The notes beneath the pieces are model-generated. The model worked only from the letters and a program-made list of their open reading frames with translations, was not told where the DNA came from and searched no databases. Source: Octopus sinensis (lineage: Eukaryota). Taken from it: a stretch of DNA of 64,000 bases. Shown here piece by piece: positions 63,665 to 64,000 of this stretch (the first letter of the stretch is position 1; each line of letters opens with the position of its first letter). The DNA is taken from the NCBI RefSeq assembly GCF_006345805.1, contig NC_043017.1, positions 2,790,001-2,854,000 on the forward strand, in the 5' to 3' direction. A program made the position numbers and the translations under genes.

Positions 63665-64000
63665 TGCTGTTTTATAAAATGTTTTATTAACTTTTCAATT
63701 GCAGTAAATGAAATACCAACGGTGGAAGAACCAACACTTATATTACAGTCGACTAGTTTGCTGAAGTATATCTACACATATGAGGACAGGATGGGTAAAG
63801 TTCACTTTGGATGGAGGGAGTTCTTCCTATGATTCTTCTCTGTGCCAAACTGCCTGCTCTTCCTACTGTTACGGATGTAAGTTTGGAATTTTCAAGTATC
63901 TTTCACTTGATGTACGTCGTTTTTATTCAAAATCCATCCTCGTTTCGCCCGAATGGTTACAGTAATCCCACTTGGATATTAAACGAAAGTTTGTGATTGT

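Noticed and set aside
63779-64000. Possible start of another mariner-like element (TATGAGG..AAAGTT)
   Set aside because: Runs off the window; no second ITR or transposase motif visible.

Overview
AT-rich eukaryotic non-coding DNA (intergenic or large-intron), dense in microsatellites and retroposons, with a 100-N scaffold gap at 56791-56890. The mix of tRNA-headed SINEs (one CORE-type), R4/Dong, RTE and CR1 LINE remnants, mariner/maT fragments and very long (TA)/(CA)/(GATA) tracts suggests an octopus-like cephalopod genome (inference, no database search possible). I find no intact protein-coding gene, rRNA, true tRNA or CRISPR array; nearly all listed ORFs are microsatellite or SINE artefacts, and the only real protein homology is to decayed transposon proteins. 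Highlights: (1) a CR1 LINE 3' end (47689-48110) whose 3'UTR is the same sequence as the tail of an abundant SINE family, with a 14-nt stem-loop showing compensatory changes, i.e. a candidate LINE-SINE partner pair visible within the window; (2) Penelope-type minimal hammerhead-ribozyme-like motifs (20562-20596, 54945-54980, weaker ones elsewhere); (3) an R4/Dong element inserted in a (TAA)n tract; (4) a Tc2/Kanga-like MITE nested in an internally deleted mariner; (5) modular and dimeric SINE architectures, near-perfect palindromes and recurrent SINE-plus-flank tandem duplications. SINE family labels A-D are my own working names. Boundaries of degenerate repeats are approximate (about 10-20 nt) and were aligned by eye.
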